A stretch of DNA of 37,986 nt from a virus. Location: the UHGV virus genome UHGV-0235716. One strand, 5' to 3'. Position 1 is the stretch's first letter, and each line of letters starts with the position of its first letter. A program made the translations under genes and the position numbers. Below the pieces are notes generated by a model. The model did no database searches and was not told the DNA's origin. It saw only the letters and a list, made by a program, of their open reading frames with translations. Below, one piece after another: positions 35,096-37,986 of the stretch.

Positions 35096-35306
35096 ACGTG
35101 TTGTAAACCGTTTCGTTATATATCATTATATACCACTGTATTTTGTGAAATCTTATCACTTGAAAACGGCGTGGTTGACAGGTTTGTTGCATTTTTCCAG
35201 TCAACCACGGGTTTTTTAGAAATCCATGCAAATTTAAGAACCCCTTAAAAAAATGTTACGTATTTGCTACGTTTTGCTACAATTTTGTTGTAAACGTGTT
35301 GTAAAC
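35086..35306. other. attP region
   Basis: 23-bp direct repeat TTTGTTGTAAACGTGTTGTAAAC at 35086 and 35284; TG(C/T)TAC x3 at 35254-35283; inverted repeat 35170-35209. Confidence 0.8.
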
Positions 35307-35385
35307 GGTTTTATTATATTCTATTAAGTTTTGTAAGATGATACAATATTTTCGCCCCACCTCTTCTGAGATGGGGCTGTGTTAT

Positions 35386-36363
35386 TTAGAACAATTGGAA
35401 TCGATCAATTGCTTTTCCGAAGCATCCGGCAAAGCCGTCTTGCCCGTTTCCAGTCTCTGTGTCGTACTGCCATGAATAATAATCTCTATTCAATGGGCTT
35501 ACGCGATACTGTGCTTTCTGATATCCATAGTGCGCAACATAATCTTCCGGTGTTTCGTAGTATACCTGTACTGAATCGATAACCTGTCCGTTTCCGGCGT
35601 ATCCATTTACATGATCTGACCAATCGTATCCAGTCACCCACGGCAACCAACCTTTGCCAAGTACATGCACTCTGTATTTAACACGACCGATATTTGCCTT
35701 GATTGCAATGCCTACAATACGCTTGCCTCGGATTCCGGCAAAATCGTTTAAATTTGTTACGGCTGGTAAGATTGTTCCGTCCTCCAGTTTAACAGCATAA
35801 GTAAATAAAATTGTCTTATCTGGCGCAGATGGTTGCGGAGCTGGTTTTGATGGCTCCGGTGTGGATACTGGAGGTTCTTCTCCATTCATAAAAGATGCCA
35901 CCATATCAAGGAATCTCTGCCATCCCATATCAAGTGTTCTGTGTGGACAATATTTTCCACTCCAGTCTTGGTGTTTCTTTACCTTATCAATTCCCCATCC
36001 ACGTGCTTTGAGCATTCCGGCAATTAATTCAGCTGCGTTTCTCTCTGCTTTTGTAAAGCTGTCTCCGCCGGATTTACTATAACAGATTTCTACTGCAATT
36101 GAGTTTCTGTTTCCTCTTCCGTTCCCGTCTCCGGCGTGCCATGCATTCCGGTCGAACGGAATTCCCTGTACCGCTTCTTTGTCATCCACAGCAACGTGGA
36201 AACTTACCTGATTGCTGTTCCCAATCATGTACTTCACTTCATTCTCTGCCGTTGCGTCATTCGCTGTGTTGTGTACCGTAATGGTATCCGCTGCCATTTG
36301 GTACGGGCATTTGATATTGTATTTACTTCCTGATACTAATAATTGTCTTACATTTACTGCCAT
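35386..36363 (-). CDS. Endolysin, N-acetylmuramoyl-L-alanine amidase (Amidase_2) with C-terminal cell-wall-binding region
   Basis: TVHNTAND, SFHVAVDD, AWHAGDG, IAVEIC, KHQDWSGKYCP; Pro-rich linker. Confidence 0.93.
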   Translation of the reverse strand: MAVNVRQLLVSGSKYNIKCPYQMAADTITVHNTANDATAENEVKYMIGNSNQVSFHVAVDDKEAVQGIPFDRNAWHAGDGNGRGNRNSIAVEICYSKSGGDSFTKAERNAAELIAGMLKARGWGIDKVKKHQDWSGKYCPHRTLDMGWQRFLDMVASFMNGEEPPVSTPEPSKPAPQPSAPDKTILFTYAVKLEDGTILPAVTNLNDFAGIRGKRIVGIAIKANIGRVKYRVHVLGKGWLPWVTGYDWSDHVNGYAGNGQVIDSVQVYYETPEDYVAHYGYQKAQYRVSPLNRDYYSWQYDTETGNGQDGFAGCFGKAIDRFQLF

Positions 36364-36378
36364 AATAAAATCTCCTTC

Positions 36379-36492
36379 CTATTCTACAATCACCCAGTCA
36401 TTCGCCAAACAATCTCTAATACTCGGAACCCACATTGCGTGCGATCCATCCACTGTATTGATTTGCAAGTACGGTTCAAATTTCATTCCCAT
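36379..36492 (-). pseudogene. Internally deleted DUF2829 (Tad2-like) gene, 37 aa
   Basis: GAGGA RBS; MGMKF joined to EPYLQINTVDGSHAMWVPSIRDCLANDWVIVE, matching the WxPSxxDxLAxDW C-terminal signature. Confidence 0.7.
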
Positions 36493-36533
36493 GTTCTTTT
36501 CCTCTCTTTCATTCAATATATGTGCGAGAGCGA

Positions 36534-36761
36534 TTACTCGCCTTCTACCTCCGGGATACCTGCTACCGATGTAAGTACACTAACTACTCCTGCAAGCACA
36601 GCTGCCGAGCATACATATTTCCAGTCTACTTGTCCCATTGCAGCTGCTGCACCAATACCAGCAATACCAGCCTGTGCCATCGTTTTAACTGCACGAATTC
36701 CCGCTGCCTTTAACCATCTCTTTGTGTCTACACTTGTTTTTAATACGCTGTTTTTAAACAT
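36534..36761 (-). CDS. Holin (r1t family)
   Basis: WLKAAGIRAVKTMAQ...VDW...SVLTSVAG. Confidence 0.88.
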   Translation of the reverse strand: MFKNSVLKTSVDTKRWLKAAGIRAVKTMAQAGIAGIGAAAAMGQVDWKYVCSAAVLAGVVSVLTSVAGIPEVEGE

Positions 36762-36772
36762 ATCTAATCCTC

Positions 36773-37054
36773 CTAAAAAATCATTGAAATTAAATAGCCA
36801 GCTAACGCCGAGATAATTGTCGTAATTACCAATTCCCAACGCTGTGCTGGCTTTCTTTTTAATTCTGCTACATCTTCATTCAATCTTTCGATTGCTTTGT
36901 TTGTGTGATGCATCTCTTTCGTAAGACCAACCATCTCATTTGCGAGCTGGTGTACGGATTCCACAATCTTTTCCACATCACTCATACGGTGTTTTAGCGA
37001 GCCTATTTCATTTCTGTGGCTCTCAAGTGTTACCTCTACTTCTGTCTCATTCAT
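36773..37054 (-). CDS. XhlA-like lysis-associated membrane protein
   Basis: Coiled coil plus C-terminal hydrophobic segment; upstream of the holin. Confidence 0.65.
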   Translation of the reverse strand: MNETEVEVTLESHRNEIGSLKHRMSDVEKIVESVHQLANEMVGLTKEMHHTNKAIERLNEDVAELKRKPAQRWELVITTIISALAGYLISMIF

Positions 37055-37079
37055 ATTTCCCTCCAAAAAAATTATTGCA

Positions 37080-37103
37080 AAATAAAAAGACCCGTTACGG
37101 TCT
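37080..37103 (-). terminator. Intrinsic terminator before the lysis module
   Basis: AGACCGTAACGGGTCT followed by TTTTATTTT. Confidence 0.5.
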
Positions 37104-37129
37104 CGCTCTGATTTCCACTATTACCACCT

Positions 37130-37213
37130 CTACTCGTCTTTATTGATTTGCACTAGGCACATTACAAACACTCCAAACACTGCCCCTGCTACAAATGCAA
37201 ATACATATCCCAT
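37130..37213 (-). CDS. 27-aa hydrophobic peptide (DUF3789-like)
   Basis: MGYVFAFVAGAVFGVFVMCLVQINKDE; AGGTGGAG RBS. Confidence 0.65.
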   Translation of the reverse strand: MGYVFAFVAGAVFGVFVMCLVQINKDE

Positions 37214-37224
37214 TTACTCCACCT

Positions 37225-37353
37225 CTATTCAGTCAATTCACCCATTCCTGAATCAACCAAGATTTCTTTTACCTGTTCTTTTAACAGTCTCGGTACGTCC
37301 TTAAACTCCTTTTTGCCTAACATAATTTGTTGTGCCCATAACATTGCCATCAT
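37225..37353 (-). CDS. Second CD1375/XkdX-like protein
   Basis: MMAMLWAQQIMLGKKEFKDVPRLLKEQVKEIL; AAGGA RBS. Confidence 0.75.
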   Translation of the reverse strand: MMAMLWAQQIMLGKKEFKDVPRLLKEQVKEILVDSGMGELTE

Positions 37354-37400
37354 AAAATCATCCTTTCTTATAAATAAAATTAAATTTGTTAATAAAGTTA

Positions 37401-37595
37401 TCATTTGTATACCAGCTCCGACATTTCTAATATACATGCAGTCAACATTGCATTCTCTTCTTGCAACTCCTGTACCTTTTCTTCTAAGGTTTGTTCCTGT
37501 ATGATTTCCGGTTCTTCAAGAGATGGTAAATCTTCTTCGTAAATTTCTTTATATTCCCCTGTTGCAGCGTCATACTCCATTTTTTTAACTTTCAT
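37401..37595 (-). CDS. Tail-fibre-associated protein (XkdW-like position)
   Basis: TLEEKVQELQEENAMLTACILEMSELVY. Confidence 0.7.
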   Translation of the reverse strand: MKVKKMEYDAATGEYKEIYEEDLPSLEEPEIIQEQTLEEKVQELQEENAMLTACILEMSELVYK

Positions 37596-37986
37596 TTTTG
37601 TATTCCCCCTCTAAAGCATAGATTTGTATACGTGTGCCGTTGGACATGTAAGCATAATCGTTGGCGTAAGTTTGATATGCTCGTATCGCTTTTACATTTT
37701 CACTTTGCGTCAGTATCCATACATCTTCAACAAGTCTATATGGGTCGTTCACTAAAATGCTATATCCTTTTCTTCTCGAATACGATAGTATTTTGTTATA
37801 GTATTTGGTATTATTTCTCAAATCAATTAGTGTTTCCTCGTTTAGAAAAATCCCATTCCTTGCCGGAGAATTACCATATTTAGAAAATCCTAGTGTGTTT
37901 ATATAATTTACAATACCCGTTTTACCGCTTTCAAAAATAACCGAAACATTTCTATATCTATATTTCCCCGTCCAAAAGCAATATCC
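37585..37986 (-). CDS. Tail fibre, C-terminal part (continuation of 1515-1)
   Basis: Frame open from base 37986 (GYCFWTGKYRYRNVSVIFESGK...) into the ORF-track segment 37585-37821. Confidence 0.85.
   Translation of the reverse strand, partial: GYCFWTGKYRYRNVSVIFESGKTGIVNYINTLGFSKYGNSPARNGIFLNEETLIDLRNNTKYYNKILSYSRRKGYSILVNDPYRLVEDVWILTQSENVKAIRAYQTYANDYAYMSNGTRIQIYALEGEYKNES

Larger units (their letters stand above)
1..37986. mobile_element. Complete temperate siphophage genome, circularly permuted, excised form
   Basis: Packaging, head, tail, lysis, integration, switch and replication modules are each present once, with no host genes. The ends join in frame within a tail-fibre ORF, and both attP arms lie together at 35086-35306. 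Confidence 0.93.

Noticed and set aside
1..37986. Alternative genetic code (stop-codon reassignment)
   Set aside because: Genes are full length in code 11, TAA, TAG and TGA are all used as stops, and the tRNA is not a suppressor.

Overview
The window appears to be a complete, circularly permuted 37,986-bp temperate siphophage genome in its excised (attP-containing) form. The host is probably a Lachnospiraceae/Clostridia gut bacterium, inferred from SigA-type promoters, Firmicutes LexA boxes, Prp cleavage motifs and A118-like structural genes. The two ends join in frame inside one tail-fibre gene. Minus strand: tail and head genes, a fused TerS-TerL terminase, a tRNA, a late activator, replication/recombination genes, early genes and lysis genes. 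Plus strand: a DUF4393/Abi-alpha-like moron, the repressor, a lipoprotein and the integrase. The best candidates for undescribed biology are: (1) an unannotated 49-aa Com-like zinc-ribbon gene followed by a GAGCC-N3-GAGCC element within a 26-bp hairpin that buries the tape-measure start codon, with a second copy of the element over the tail-chaperone start codon, suggesting a post-transcriptional tail-assembly switch; (2) an induction circuit made of a non-cleavable repressor, a LexA-boxed 39-aa peptide, a second similar peptide in the cro position, a small HTH gene with a palindrome, and a stand-alone LexA DNA-binding domain; (3) a HerA ATPase inside the recombination module; (4) a MuF-type toxin-immunity pair; (5) a duplicated cis-regulatory RNA motif and several antisense sRNA units. 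All family assignments are from motif recognition by eye; no database searches were run.
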